From the NCBI GenBank assembly GCA_965552155.1, contig CBEVRB010000001.1, positions 1-45,139 of the forward strand: a stretch of 45,139 bases of DNA, in the 5' to 3' direction. A program made the translations under genes and the position numbers. Under the pieces are notes generated by a model. The model saw only the letters and a list, made by a program, of their open reading frames with translations. It made no database searches and had not been told where the DNA came from. Each line of letters starts with the position of its first letter. Positions within the stretch are counted from its first letter, which is position 1. Shown here piece after piece: positions 33,795 to 43,092 of the stretch. This DNA comes from an uncultured bacterium. Lineage in GTDB: Bacteria > Desulfobacterota > B13-G15.

Positions 33795-36700
33795 CCCCTT
33801 ATCGCCCCCTGATGGCAGGCGTAAACGCATACGCCGCAGTCCACACAGGTCATCCTGTCTATCTCCACCTTCCCCTCGTTCATCACGAGGGAGGGACAGC
33901 CGAATTCCGAAAGGCAGTACCCGCACCCCACGCACCCCTCTGCAACGGGCATGGAGATGACGCTCCGGGGACAGGCCACAGCGCAGAGGCGGCAGAGGGT
34001 GCACCGCTCCCCATCCACCTGATAGGACCCATCGACTTTCCTTATCGCCCCTTCAGGGCAGGACAGGAGGCAGAAATCGCACCCGGTGCAGCTCCCGCAA
34101 TGGAAGCACCGCTCTCGTGCCTCCCTTATCGCCTCCTCCTCGGTGATCCCTCCCTGGATCTCCTGAAATCCCCTGGAGGCCTCCTCAGGGGACAGCCTGG
34201 GGGCTTCTGGCCTCCTCCCCTTGGAAAAGAAGCTCAACTCTATCGCCTCAAACGGGACCTCCTCCTCGATCCTCACCGAGGGACCCGCCACCTCCTCCCC
34301 GGAGAGGAATCTGTGGATGGCCAGGGCCCCCTCTCTTCCTGCCCCGATGGCATGGGCCACGCTCCTTGTAGAGGAGGTGAAGTCCCCCCCTGAAAAGACC
34401 TTTCCCTCCTCCGTAAACCCCTCAGGCAGAAGGGAGAAGTCTGCCTCCTCCCCCACGGCGACGATCACCCCGTCCACCTCAATGGAGAACTCGGAACCCT
34501 CAACGGGCTGGACCTCCCGGCGCCCTTCTCTGTCCTGCTTCCCGGGGGTCATCCGCACAAGCCTCACCTCCCTCACCCGCCCCTCCCCTATGAATTCCAC
34601 GGGGGAAAGGAGGAACTCCATCTTCACCCCTTCGGCCAAGGCCTCCTCGACCTCGCCCGGATGGGCGGGCATATCCTCCCTCCTCCTCCGGTAAAGGAGG
34701 AGAGGGTTTGCCCCCAACCTCAGAAGAGAACGAGCCACATCTATGGCGGTGTTCCCGCCTCCTATGACCGCCACCTTCCCCCTCACCTCCGGGGGATCGC
34801 CCTCATTCAGGGCCCTCAAGAAATTTATTCCCCGGTAAATCCCCGGGAGGTCCTCCCCCGGGATGCCCAGGGGGCGGGGACGCTGGGCTCCTGGGGCGAG
34901 GAAGACGGCATCGTAACCTCTCAGCTCCTCAAAGGGCATGTCCCTCCCCACCCTGACCCCTGTTCTTATCCTCACCCCCAGGGATTTGATCCTCTCTATC
35001 TCCTGCCTCAGGACCTCCTTGGGCAGGCGATAGGGGGGGATACCATAGCGGAGGAGTCCCCCTGGCTCGGGCATCGCCTCAAAGACCTCCACCTGATAAC
35101 CCAGAAGGGCCAGGTGGTAAGCACAGCTGAGCCCTGATGGCCCTGCTCCCACCACCGCCACCCTCCGGCCGTTCACCTCCCCCTTTTCGGGCACATACCC
35201 GATCGCCTTATCTCCCAGGAACCTCTCCACCTGGGAGATGGATATCGGTTCATCGAATTGCCCCCTGTTGCAGGAGGATTCGCAGGGGTGAAAGCAGACC
35301 CTTCCACACACCGCAGGGAAGGGATTGGTGAGGAGGAGACTCCTTGAGGCCTCCTCCGTCTTCCCCTCGGCCACAAGGGCCAGAAAGCCTTCTACGTCAT
35401 TTCCTGCGGGGCAGGCCTTGTTGCAGGGAGGGGTCTTCTTCTCATAAACGGGCAGAAGGGCCGTTCTTTCGAGGGGAGCCCTAAGGGGGTGGACCTCGAC
35501 CCTCCGCCTCTGCTCCACCCCCTTGGTCAACTGCACGCAGGGATGGCGGGCGATCACCACGGCCACCTTCCCTCTACTATGGCACGATCGGTAGGCCTCC
35601 CTCACCGCCCCTATCATCCGGGGGACATCGTAGGGGTCAACTACCTCAATATGGTCCACCCCGCACCCCTTAAGGGCCCTTTCCAAAGGGATCGGCTCCC
35701 CGGGTCTGCCGTCAGCCAGTTGGTCCACCGCTGGGGTCGGCTGCATCCCGGTCATGGCCGTGGTTCCGTTATCCAGGATCACCAGCACGAACCTCGCTCC
35801 TGTGTGCACCGCATTGAGGAGGGCGGGCAGCCCGGCGTGGAAGAAGGTGGAATCGCCTATGGAGGCGACGATGGGAACCTCTTCCCCGTCCTGGACGAAG
35901 GCCTCCCAGAGCCCTGCCGCCATGTTGATGGCCGCCCCCATATCGAGGACTATATCCACCGCCCCCTGGTTCAGCCCCAGGGTGTAGCAGCCGATGTCGC
36001 TGGTGAAGATCGCCTGGGGAAAGGCCCGCTTGATGGCATAGAAGGAGGCCCGGTGGGGACAACCCGGGCAGAGGGTGGGGGGCCTCTCGGTGTAGGAGGT
36101 GAGGGAGAGGGGCTCCTTCCTCGGAGGCCTCTTTCCCTCCCAGACTTGCAAGAAGGCCTCCTCGATCACCTCTGGGGTGAGTTCCCCCGCTGATGGAACG
36201 GTCCCGTCGAGTCTCCCCCTCACCCTCCCCTTTTCCGGGATCAGGAGCTCCAGGGCCGCATCCGGTTCCTCGAGTATCAGGATCTGATCGCAGCTGCGGA
36301 GAAAATCCAGGAGGAGTTCAAAGGGAAAGGGAAAGGGGGTGGCAACCTTAAAGAGGGGCACCTCCAGCTCCAGTTCCTCCAGTAACTCCTTCATCGTCCC
36401 GAAGCAGCTCCCTGCAGCTATCACCCCGAGGGGAAAAGGCCCTCGGGAGGGATCAAAGGGCCGCCCACCGATGAAGGCACCGTTGAAGGGGGCGTTGACG
36501 TACTCCCGCCTTATCGCCTCCAGCTTCCGGTTCAGTTCCTGATGGAGCCTGTACCTCCAGCGAGGGGTAGCGGCCCAGCGCCTCGGGTCCTTTTCGAAGC
36601 GGGCCTTCCTCTTGGGTCCCTTCACGGGGCCGAAGGTTATGGTCTGACGGGCATGACAGATACGGAGGGTGGGACGAAGGAGGACCGGGATCTCATATCT

Positions 36701-37165
36701 CTCCGAAAGGGCGAAGGCATAGGGAACCATTTCCTTCGCCTCCTGGGGGCTTGAGGGATCGAGCACCGGGACCTTGGCCATGGGCCCCCAGAGGCGGGAA
36801 TCCTGCTCGGTCTGGGAGGAGTGAGGGCCAGGATCGTCGGCGGCGATGATCAGGAACCCCCCCTTCACACCAGTGTATAGGGAGCTGAAGAGGGGGTCTG
36901 AAGCGACGTTAAGCCCCACCTGCTTCATGGCCACGGCCGCGCGCTTACCCGCATAGGCGGCCGCCAAGGCCACCTCAAAGGCGACCTTCTCGTTGGTAGA
37001 CCACTCGATGTATATCTGCGCACCTTCCTCTTCCCTGAAACGGACTAAGGCGGGCAAGATTTCCGTGGCAGGAGTTCCAGGGTAGGAAGCCATCACCTGA
37101 CAGCCTCCTTCGAGAAGACCTCTCGCTATCGCCTCGTTTCCCAGAAGGACCCTCTTTGTCGTCAT
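33791..37165 (-). CDS. iorA: Indolepyruvate:ferredoxin oxidoreductase alpha subunit with an internal GltD/NfnB-like FAD/NAD(P)H oxidoreductase module and extra [4Fe-4S] domains (1124 aa)
   Basis: - aa 1-560: IorA core (GNEAIARGLLEGG...SYPGTPATEI; TPP part CPGCPHR...GDSTFFH...LDNGTTAMTG).
- aa ~575-955: GltD-like module (CNKACPAGNDV, CGRVCFHPCESSCNRG, VAVVGAGPSGLSCA, GGLLRYGIPPYRLP, VAVIGGGNTAIDVA, GGDF).
- aa ~1020-1066: two additional CxxCxxCxxxCP motifs.
- aa ~1077-1120: IorA-type C-terminal ferredoxin (CVGCGYCLSEFGCP...CVDCGVCVYAC). Confidence 0.85.
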   Translation of the reverse strand: MTTKRVLLGNEAIARGLLEGGCQVMASYPGTPATEILPALVRFREEEGAQIYIEWSTNEKVAFEVALAAAYAGKRAAVAMKQVGLNVASDPLFSSLYTGVKGGFLIIAADDPGPHSSQTEQDSRLWGPMAKVPVLDPSSPQEAKEMVPYAFALSERYEIPVLLRPTLRICHARQTITFGPVKGPKRKARFEKDPRRWAATPRWRYRLHQELNRKLEAIRREYVNAPFNGAFIGGRPFDPSRGPFPLGVIAAGSCFGTMKELLEELELEVPLFKVATPFPFPFELLLDFLRSCDQILILEEPDAALELLIPEKGRVRGRLDGTVPSAGELTPEVIEEAFLQVWEGKRPPRKEPLSLTSYTERPPTLCPGCPHRASFYAIKRAFPQAIFTSDIGCYTLGLNQGAVDIVLDMGAAINMAAGLWEAFVQDGEEVPIVASIGDSTFFHAGLPALLNAVHTGARFVLVILDNGTTAMTGMQPTPAVDQLADGRPGEPIPLERALKGCGVDHIEVVDPYDVPRMIGAVREAYRSCHSRGKVAVVIARHPCVQLTKGVEQRRRVEVHPLRAPLERTALLPVYEKKTPPCNKACPAGNDVEGFLALVAEGKTEEASRSLLLTNPFPAVCGRVCFHPCESSCNRGQFDEPISISQVERFLGDKAIGYVPEKGEVNGRRVAVVGAGPSGLSCAYHLALLGYQVEVFEAMPEPGGLLRYGIPPYRLPKEVLRQEIERIKSLGVRIRTGVRVGRDMPFEELRGYDAVFLAPGAQRPRPLGIPGEDLPGIYRGINFLRALNEGDPPEVRGKVAVIGGGNTAIDVARSLLRLGANPLLLYRRRREDMPAHPGEVEEALAEGVKMEFLLSPVEFIGEGRVREVRLVRMTPGKQDREGRREVQPVEGSEFSIEVDGVIVAVGEEADFSLLPEGFTEEGKVFSGGDFTSSTRSVAHAIGAGREGALAIHRFLSGEEVAGPSVRIEEEVPFEAIELSFFSKGRRPEAPRLSPEEASRGFQEIQGGITEEEAIREARERCFHCGSCTGCDFCLLSCPEGAIRKVDGSYQVDGERCTLCRLCAVACPRSVISMPVAEGCVGCGYCLSEFGCPSLVMNEGKVEIDRMTCVDCGVCVYACHQGAIRG

Positions 37166-37893
37166 CCTCCCTCTCCTTTAGGCCGCCCCCAGGGGGGCGG
37201 CCAGAAGTGAAGGGCAGCTGTGATGCTCAGAAGAAGCCCCACCGTCTCTTCCTCCAGGAAGGGGACAATCCTCTCGCGCTCCCTCGCCAGAGGGGGTAGG
37301 AGGTCGAGGTAGCCCACAAAGGGAGGGGCCTCTGGCCGCTCCTTGAGGCGCCAGAAGCGCTTCCTGCCGTCCCGTTCCGCCTCCTCCTTCCTCCTCTCAA
37401 TCAACTTCTCGAGGGCCTCTCCCCCTTCCTTCAAGGCCAGGAAGGATTCCTTCACCTGGGGAAAGAAATCTACGGGCACGTATCCGCTTATCCTCAGGTG
37501 CCTGATCTCCTCAGCCTCGGGGACATCGGCCGCCCGCAGGACCCACGTGAGGAGGGGCTCCAAGGCATCAAACACTTCCCTCTCAAAACAGAGCAATGGG
37601 GCCGAATAACAGAGGGCCAAGGCCACCGATTCCAAAAGCCAAAGAGGGGAACCTTCAGCAAGGCCTTTCACTACGCCCTTTATCTCCTGGGAAGGATAGG
37701 CCAAGGGGACAAAGGGATGATCCTTGAACCGGGGATGAAGATCGGCCAGGCTCTCCCCGATCCCCACCTGTCTCCAGCGGTGCTTCTTCACGATCCACCC
37801 AATCGCCTCCTCCGCGGGGGGACTCTCGGGATCAAAGAGCAGGAGACAGCGGATGTTCTTGAAATGGGCAGCCCACTCCAGTATGCTCATCAC
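37162..37893 (-). CDS. Hypothetical protein (243 aa) translationally coupled to iorA
   Basis: The stop TGA overlaps the iorA ATG (ATGA). Coding-like composition. No Cys motifs, TM segments or family that I recognise. Confidence 0.6.
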   Translation of the reverse strand: MMSILEWAAHFKNIRCLLLFDPESPPAEEAIGWIVKKHRWRQVGIGESLADLHPRFKDHPFVPLAYPSQEIKGVVKGLAEGSPLWLLESVALALCYSAPLLCFEREVFDALEPLLTWVLRAADVPEAEEIRHLRISGYVPVDFFPQVKESFLALKEGGEALEKLIERRKEEAERDGRKRFWRLKERPEAPPFVGYLDLLPPLARERERIVPFLEEETVGLLLSITAALHFWPPPWGRPKGEGG

Positions 37894-37935
37894 TCCATTT
37901 TATATTGAAGGAAGTCGGGCAGTAAAGGGGAACGG

Positions 37936-38172
37936 TTGAACCTCCATCACCAAGGGATTATCATAAAAGGCGTGAGGGGAAAGGAAAAAGGCTACAGGGA
38001 CTTTGAGGCCACCTGCCTCTTCTGCCCCTTTTGCCGGGAGGCCACCCCGGTGAAGAAGCGCCTTCTGCTCATACTGCCGGAAGGGGAAAAGTTCGATTAT
38101 ATCTGTGCCCGGTGCGGACGCCCTATCGGAGATAAGCTGGAGAAGAAGGAGAGTACCCTCATCCTTCCTTAA
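37936..38172 (+). CDS. Hypothetical small zinc-ribbon protein (78 aa)
   Basis: CLFCPFC ... CARCG cysteine pairs. The TTG start lies 5 nt after AAAGGGG. Divergent from the 243-aa ORF/iorA operon. Both the start and whether the ORF is expressed are uncertain. Confidence 0.45.
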   Translation: MNLHHQGIIIKGVRGKEKGYRDFEATCLFCPFCREATPVKKRLLLILPEGEKFDYICARCGRPIGDKLEKKESTLILP

Positions 38173-38295
38173 GGCCTCTCAGGGGGACCTATCGCGTAGA
38201 GCCCAAGTTTATGTAAACATTGACAAGAAGAGGAGGGTATATTAGGCTTAATGTAAAAAAATATCTCACGGATTGAAGAATCCTTCTTTTGTGGT

Positions 38296-38526
38296 ATGAG
38301 GGAAGAGGAATTGATAAAATTTCTCTACGAACACGATGAGGAGTTCAAAAGGTTGAAGGAGGAACATGGGTGGCTTCACCGGAAGGTGGAGGAGCTGAAT
38401 GCAAAGCCTGTCCTCACCCCGGCGGAGAAGATAAAGCGGGAGGAATTGAAGAAGAGGAAGCTCCTCCTGAAGGACAGGATGGAGGAGATAATGGAAGAGT
38501 ACAGGAAGAGATTGGAGGAGAGATGA
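38296..38526 (+). CDS. DUF465 (YdcH-like) small coiled-coil protein
   Basis: [19 protein letters not shown]...[26 protein letters not shown] fits the DUF465 pattern. The stop overlaps the ilvB ATG (ATGA). Confidence 0.7.
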   Translation: MREEELIKFLYEHDEEFKRLKEEHGWLHRKVEELNAKPVLTPAEKIKREELKKRKLLLKDRMEEIMEEYRKRLEER

Positions 38527-40217
38527 GAAAGACAGGAGCTCAGATTCTGCTGGAGTGCCTGAAGCGGGAGGGGGTGGAGGTGATCTTCGGCTACCCAGGA
38601 GGGGCGATCCTGCCTCTGGTGGACGAACTCCCCAACTGGGGTTTCAGGAACATCCTGGTGAGACATGAACAGGCCGCGGTCCATGCCGCCGACGGCTACG
38701 CCCGGGCCAGCGGCAAGGTGGGGGTCTGCTTAGTGACCTCGGGCCCGGGAGCCACCAACACAGTCACCGGGATAGCGACCGCCTACATGGACTCGATCCC
38801 GGTCGTGGTCTTCACAGGTCAGGTCCCCGTTCACCTGATAGGGAACGATGCCTTCCAGGAAGCGGACATCGTGGGGATCACCCGGCCCTGCACCAAGCAC
38901 AACTACCTGGTCACTGATGTGAAGAAACTCGCCCGGATAGTGAGGGAGGCCTTCTATATCGCCCGCTCCGGGAGGCCCGGGCCGGTGCTGGTGGACCTTC
39001 CCAAGAACGTCCTCACCGATACCACTGAGTTCCGCTACCCTGAGAAGGTGGAAATCAGGGGCTATCAGCCCACCCTCGACGGACACATCCCCCAGATAGA
39101 GCGGGCGGCTCGCCTGATCCTGAAGTCGAGGAGGCCCCTCATTTACGCGGGAGGAGGGGTGATATCCTCGGGGGCCTCAGAGGAATTGAGGGAGCTTGCC
39201 GAGTTCCTCCAGATCCCGGTGACGACCACCCTGATGGGCCTGGGGGGCTTTCCAGGGACCCATCCCCTCTTCTTGGGGATGCTGGGGATGCACGGGACCT
39301 ATCGGGCAAACATGGCCGTTACCCACTGCGATCTGCTTATCGCCATCGGTGCCCGGTTCGACGACAGGGTCACCGGGAAGGTGGACGAGTTCTCCCCCCA
39401 CTCCAAGAAGATCCATATAGACATAGATCCCACCTCCATAAGCAAAAACGTCCGGGTGGACATCCCTATAGTGGGGGATTGTAAAAGGGTGCTGACGAGG
39501 CTCCTTGAGGTCCTTAAGGAGGAAAAACCTGATAGGGAGGGCTACCGGGAGGGTCTTCTCCCCTGGTATGAAAAGATAGAGGAATGGAAGGAGAGAGATA
39601 AGCTCGCCTACAACCAGAACCTCCGGATAAAGCCCCAGTTCGTGGTGGAGAAGATCTACGAGTTGACCAAGGGGGAGGCGATCATAAGCTCCGAGGTGGG
39701 GCAGAACCAGATGTGGACCGCCCAGTACTACCGCTTCGATCGTCCCCGCACCTTCCTCACCTCAGGAGGGCTCGGGACCATGGGATATGGCTTCCCTGCT
39801 GCCATAGGGGCCCAGGTGGCCTTCCCCGATCGCCTGGTGATAGATATAGCCGGTGACGGGAGCATCCAGATGAACATCCAGGAGCTGGCCACGGCGGTCC
39901 AGCACCGTCTCCCCGTGAAGGTGGCAATCCTTAATAACGGCTACCTCGGTATGGTGAGGCAGTGGCAGGAGCTCTTCTACGAGAAGAAGTACGTGCTTAC
40001 GCAGATAGGTCAGTGGAACCCGGACTTCGTGAAGCTCGCCGAGGCCTATGGGGCGGTGGGCCTGAGGGCCACCAGGCCCGAGGAGGTGGAGCCCGTGATC
40101 AGGGAGGCCTTCCGCACCCCCCTTCCTGTCCTCATGGACTTCGTGGTCGAGCCCGAGGAGGACGTCTATCCCATGGTTCCCGCCGGGGAACCGATCAGCA
40201 AGATGCTCCTTGTCTGA
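38523..40217 (+). CDS. ilvB: Acetolactate synthase large (catalytic) subunit
   Basis: [32 protein letters not shown]-terminus and the TPP motif [14 protein letters not shown]...[12 protein letters not shown]. The track start at 38370 is an out-of-frame overlap extension over the DUF465 gene. Confidence 0.92.
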   Translation: MRKTGAQILLECLKREGVEVIFGYPGGAILPLVDELPNWGFRNILVRHEQAAVHAADGYARASGKVGVCLVTSGPGATNTVTGIATAYMDSIPVVVFTGQVPVHLIGNDAFQEADIVGITRPCTKHNYLVTDVKKLARIVREAFYIARSGRPGPVLVDLPKNVLTDTTEFRYPEKVEIRGYQPTLDGHIPQIERAARLILKSRRPLIYAGGGVISSGASEELRELAEFLQIPVTTTLMGLGGFPGTHPLFLGMLGMHGTYRANMAVTHCDLLIAIGARFDDRVTGKVDEFSPHSKKIHIDIDPTSISKNVRVDIPIVGDCKRVLTRLLEVLKEEKPDREGYREGLLPWYEKIEEWKERDKLAYNQNLRIKPQFVVEKIYELTKGEAIISSEVGQNQMWTAQYYRFDRPRTFLTSGGLGTMGYGFPAAIGAQVAFPDRLVIDIAGDGSIQMNIQELATAVQHRLPVKVAILNNGYLGMVRQWQELFYEKKYVLTQIGQWNPDFVKLAEAYGAVGLRATRPEEVEPVIREAFRTPLPVLMDFVVEPEEDVYPMVPAGEPISKMLLV

Positions 40218-40227
40218 GGGAGGGAAG

Positions 40228-40701
40228 ATGCGCCATACGATAAATGTGCTGGTGGAGAACGAGTTCGGAGTCCTCGCCCGGGTGGCGGGCCTTTTCAGCG
40301 GCCGTGGCTTCAACATCGAGAGCCTCACCGTGGCCGAGACCCTTGATCCCACTGTATCGATCATGACCATCGTCACCGAAGGGGATGAGCTGATCCTGGA
40401 GCAGATAAAAAAGCAGCTCAACAAGCTCATCCCCGTCATAAAGGTGATGGACATGACGAGGAGGCCCTATGTGGAGAGGGAGCTGGTCCTGGTCAAGGTG
40501 GGGGCGAAGCAGGAGCACCGGGCAGAGATCCTGAGGATTGTGGACATCTTCAGGGCCAAGGTAGTGGACGTGAGTCCTAAAAACTATACCATCGAGGTCA
40601 CCGGGGATAGGGAGAAGATCAGGGCCTTCCTGGAGCTCCTGAAGCCGATGGGGATAAAGGAGATCGCCAGGACGGGGCGGGTGGCGATAATGAGGGGATG
40701 A
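40228..40701 (+). CDS. ilvN: Acetolactate synthase small (regulatory, ACT-domain) subunit
   Basis: [35 protein letters not shown] is the canonical IlvH/IlvN N-terminus. Confidence 0.9.
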   Translation: MRHTINVLVENEFGVLARVAGLFSGRGFNIESLTVAETLDPTVSIMTIVTEGDELILEQIKKQLNKLIPVIKVMDMTRRPYVERELVLVKVGAKQEHRAEILRIVDIFRAKVVDVSPKNYTIEVTGDREKIRAFLELLKPMGIKEIARTGRVAIMRG

Positions 40702-40718
40702 GGAAAGGAGGAAGAAGG

Positions 40719-41717
40719 ATGGCAAAGATTTACTACGATCAGGACGCAGACCTCGGTCACCTTCAGGGGAAGAAGATCGCCATTGTGGGCTACGGCAGCC
40801 AGGGGCATGCCCAGGCCCAGAACTTGAGGGACAGCGGCCTCGAGGTGATAGTGGCCCAGAGACCCGGGGGTCCCAACTACGATCTGGCCAAAGAGCATGG
40901 CTTCTCCCCCATGAGCGCTCAGGAGGCCGCTGCAGAGGCGGACTTCATCCAGATGCTCGTGCCCGATACCCTGCAACCCCGGATATACCAGGAGGAGATC
41001 CTTCCACACCTGCGGGAGGGAAAGGTACTGGGGTTCTCCCATGGTTTCAACATCCACTACGGCCAGATCGTCCCCCCTCCCTATGTGGACGTGGTGATGG
41101 TGGCCCCCAAGGGCCCTGGACACCTCTTGAGGCGCCAATTTGAGGAGGGGAGGGGGGTGCCGGCCTTAGTGGCGGTGGAGCAGGACGCCTCGGGCAGGGC
41201 CCTTGAGATGGCCCTCGCCTATGCCAAGGGGATAGGGGCGACCCGGGCCGGGGTGATCGAGACGACCTTCAAGGAGGAGACCGAAACGGACCTCTTCGGG
41301 GAACAGGTGGTCCTCTGTGGAGGGGTGAGCGAACTGATCCGTGCCGCCTTCGACACCTTAGTGGAGGCGGGCTATCAGCCGGAGATCGCCTACTTTGAGT
41401 GCCTCCATGAGCTGAAGCTGATCGTTGACCTTATCTACGAGGGAGGGATCACCTTCATGCGCTACTCGGTAAGCGACACCGCCGAGTACGGGGACCTCAC
41501 CCGGGGGAAGAGGGTGATAAACCAGGAGACCCGGAAGATCATGAAGGAGATTCTCTCCGAGATCCAGAGCGGGAGCTTCGCCCGGGAGTGGATTCTGGAG
41601 AACCAGGCGGGAAGGCCAGTATATAACGCCCTGAAGAAGAGGGATGCCGAACACCTGATAGAGCAGGTGGGTCGGGAACTTAGGAAGATGATGAGCTGGA
41701 TAGGAAAGAAGGGATGA
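40719..41717 (+). CDS. ilvC: Ketol-acid reductoisomerase (class I)
   Basis: [12 protein letters not shown]...[21 protein letters not shown]... The length and motifs are typical of class I KARI. Confidence 0.93.
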   Translation: MAKIYYDQDADLGHLQGKKIAIVGYGSQGHAQAQNLRDSGLEVIVAQRPGGPNYDLAKEHGFSPMSAQEAAAEADFIQMLVPDTLQPRIYQEEILPHLREGKVLGFSHGFNIHYGQIVPPPYVDVVMVAPKGPGHLLRRQFEEGRGVPALVAVEQDASGRALEMALAYAKGIGATRAGVIETTFKEETETDLFGEQVVLCGGVSELIRAAFDTLVEAGYQPEIAYFECLHELKLIVDLIYEGGITFMRYSVSDTAEYGDLTRGKRVINQETRKIMKEILSEIQSGSFAREWILENQAGRPVYNALKKRDAEHLIEQVGRELRKMMSWIGKKG

Positions 41718-42346
41718 GGGTACCGGTCTTAAGGGAAGGACTCCTCTTCTTGCTCCTTTTCGGTGGGGCAAGCCTCTTTTTCGGCTGGGAGGGAAAACTC
41801 ATACCCCTTCTTCCTTCCCTCCTCCTCTTCCTCTTCAGCGTGGTCTTCTTCCGCAACCCTCCTCGAGAGGCCCCTGAGGAGGAGGGAGTGATCGTCTCCC
41901 CAGCCGATGGGAGGGTGGTGGCCATAGAGGAGACGACCTATCCCTCGAGCCGGGAAAAGAGCAAGAAGGTGAGCGTCTTCATGTCGCTCTTTGACGTCCA
42001 CGTGAACAGGGTCCCGCTGGATGGAGAGGTGGAAGAGATAAGGTACAGCCCTGGCCGATTCCTCCCGGCCTTTCGTTCCGAGGCCTCCTCCCAAAACGAG
42101 CAGAACATGCTCTCCCTCAAGGGAAAGGAGGGGAGGGTGGTAGTGGTCCAGGTGGCAGGGGTCCTGGCCCGAAGGATCGTCTGTTATCTCAGAGCAGGGC
42201 AGGAGGTGAGAAAGGGAGATCTCCTGGGAGCGATCCTCCTCGGATCCCGGGTGGACCTCTATCTCCCTCCGGAGGTTACCCTCTCGGTCCGAGTGGGAGA
42301 AAGGGTGAAGGGAGGAATAAGCGTGGTGGGAAGGAGGGCGATGTGA
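41714..42346 (+). CDS. psd: Phosphatidylserine decarboxylase proenzyme (short, membrane-anchored type)
   Basis: [18 protein letters not shown] and the self-cleavage-site context LGSRV. Followed by pssA. Confidence 0.85.
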   Translation: MRVPVLREGLLFLLLFGGASLFFGWEGKLIPLLPSLLLFLFSVVFFRNPPREAPEEEGVIVSPADGRVVAIEETTYPSSREKSKKVSVFMSLFDVHVNRVPLDGEVEEIRYSPGRFLPAFRSEASSQNEQNMLSLKGKEGRVVVVQVAGVLARRIVCYLRAGQEVRKGDLLGAILLGSRVDLYLPPEVTLSVRVGERVKGGISVVGRRAM

Positions 42347-43092
42347 GGAGGAGATCGAAGAGGAGGGAGAAAAGGGGGGTATATCTCCTGCCCAATCTGC
42401 TGACAGCGGCGAGCTTGCTGTGCGGGTTTTACGCCCTGGTGGCTTCATGGAAGGGGGAGTTCGTCCATGCAGCGGTAGCCATACTTCTGGCTGGTCTCTT
42501 TGACGGGATAGACGGAAAGGTGGCGCGACTTACGCACTCGGCGAGCCGCTTCGGGACGGAGTTCGATTCCCTGGCGGACCTGGTATCCTTTGGGGTGGCC
42601 CCGGCGATGCTCGCCTACAGTTGGATCCTCCATCCTTACGGCAGGTGGGGGTGGCTTGCTGCCTTCCTTTACGTGATCTGCGGGGCCTTGAGGCTCGCCC
42701 GTTTCAACGTCCGAGCCACCGCCGCAGAGATGAGGCACTTCTCAGGGCTTCCCACCCCTGCTGCTGCCTACGGGATAGCCACCACGGTGCTCCTCTCCCA
42801 ACGGCTGGGCATACCGATAGAAGAGAAGGGGTTGTTCCTCTCGATCCTCCTCTATCTGTTGGCCTTCCTAATGGTGAGCAACTTTCCTTATCCCAGCTTC
42901 AAGGACCTGGAGCTCCTTCGCCGCCGTCCCTTCAGCACCCTCGTGACGGGGATCCTCATCATGGTGGTGGTCATCGCCGAGCCCCAGATCACCCTCTTTC
43001 TCTGTTCCTGGGCTTACGTGACCTTAGGTCCCCTCAAGAGGGTCAGGATCATGAGGCAGGAAAAGCTCGTAAAGGAGAGGGAACTGGGTTGA
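42343..43092 (+). CDS. pssA: CDP-diacylglycerol--serine O-phosphatidyltransferase
   Basis: CDP-alcohol phosphatidyltransferase motif DGIDGKVAR...G.EFDSLADLV. Polytopic membrane protein. The GTG start overlaps the psd stop. Confidence 0.87.
   Translation: MRRRSKRREKRGVYLLPNLLTAASLLCGFYALVASWKGEFVHAAVAILLAGLFDGIDGKVARLTHSASRFGTEFDSLADLVSFGVAPAMLAYSWILHPYGRWGWLAAFLYVICGALRLARFNVRATAAEMRHFSGLPTPAAAYGIATTVLLSQRLGIPIEEKGLFLSILLYLLAFLMVSNFPYPSFKDLELLRRRPFSTLVTGILIMVVVIAEPQITLFLCSWAYVTLGPLKRVRIMRQEKLVKERELG

Noticed and set aside
38220-38256. A perfect TTGACA hexamer at 38220 and a minimal start-stop ORF (ATG TAA) at 38251..38256 upstream of the DUF465/ilvB genes.
   Set aside because: TTGACA lies 12-14 nt from the nearest TATA-like hexamers, which is the wrong spacing for sigma70. 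An ATG-TAA pair in an AT-rich stretch is easily produced by chance and has no SD.
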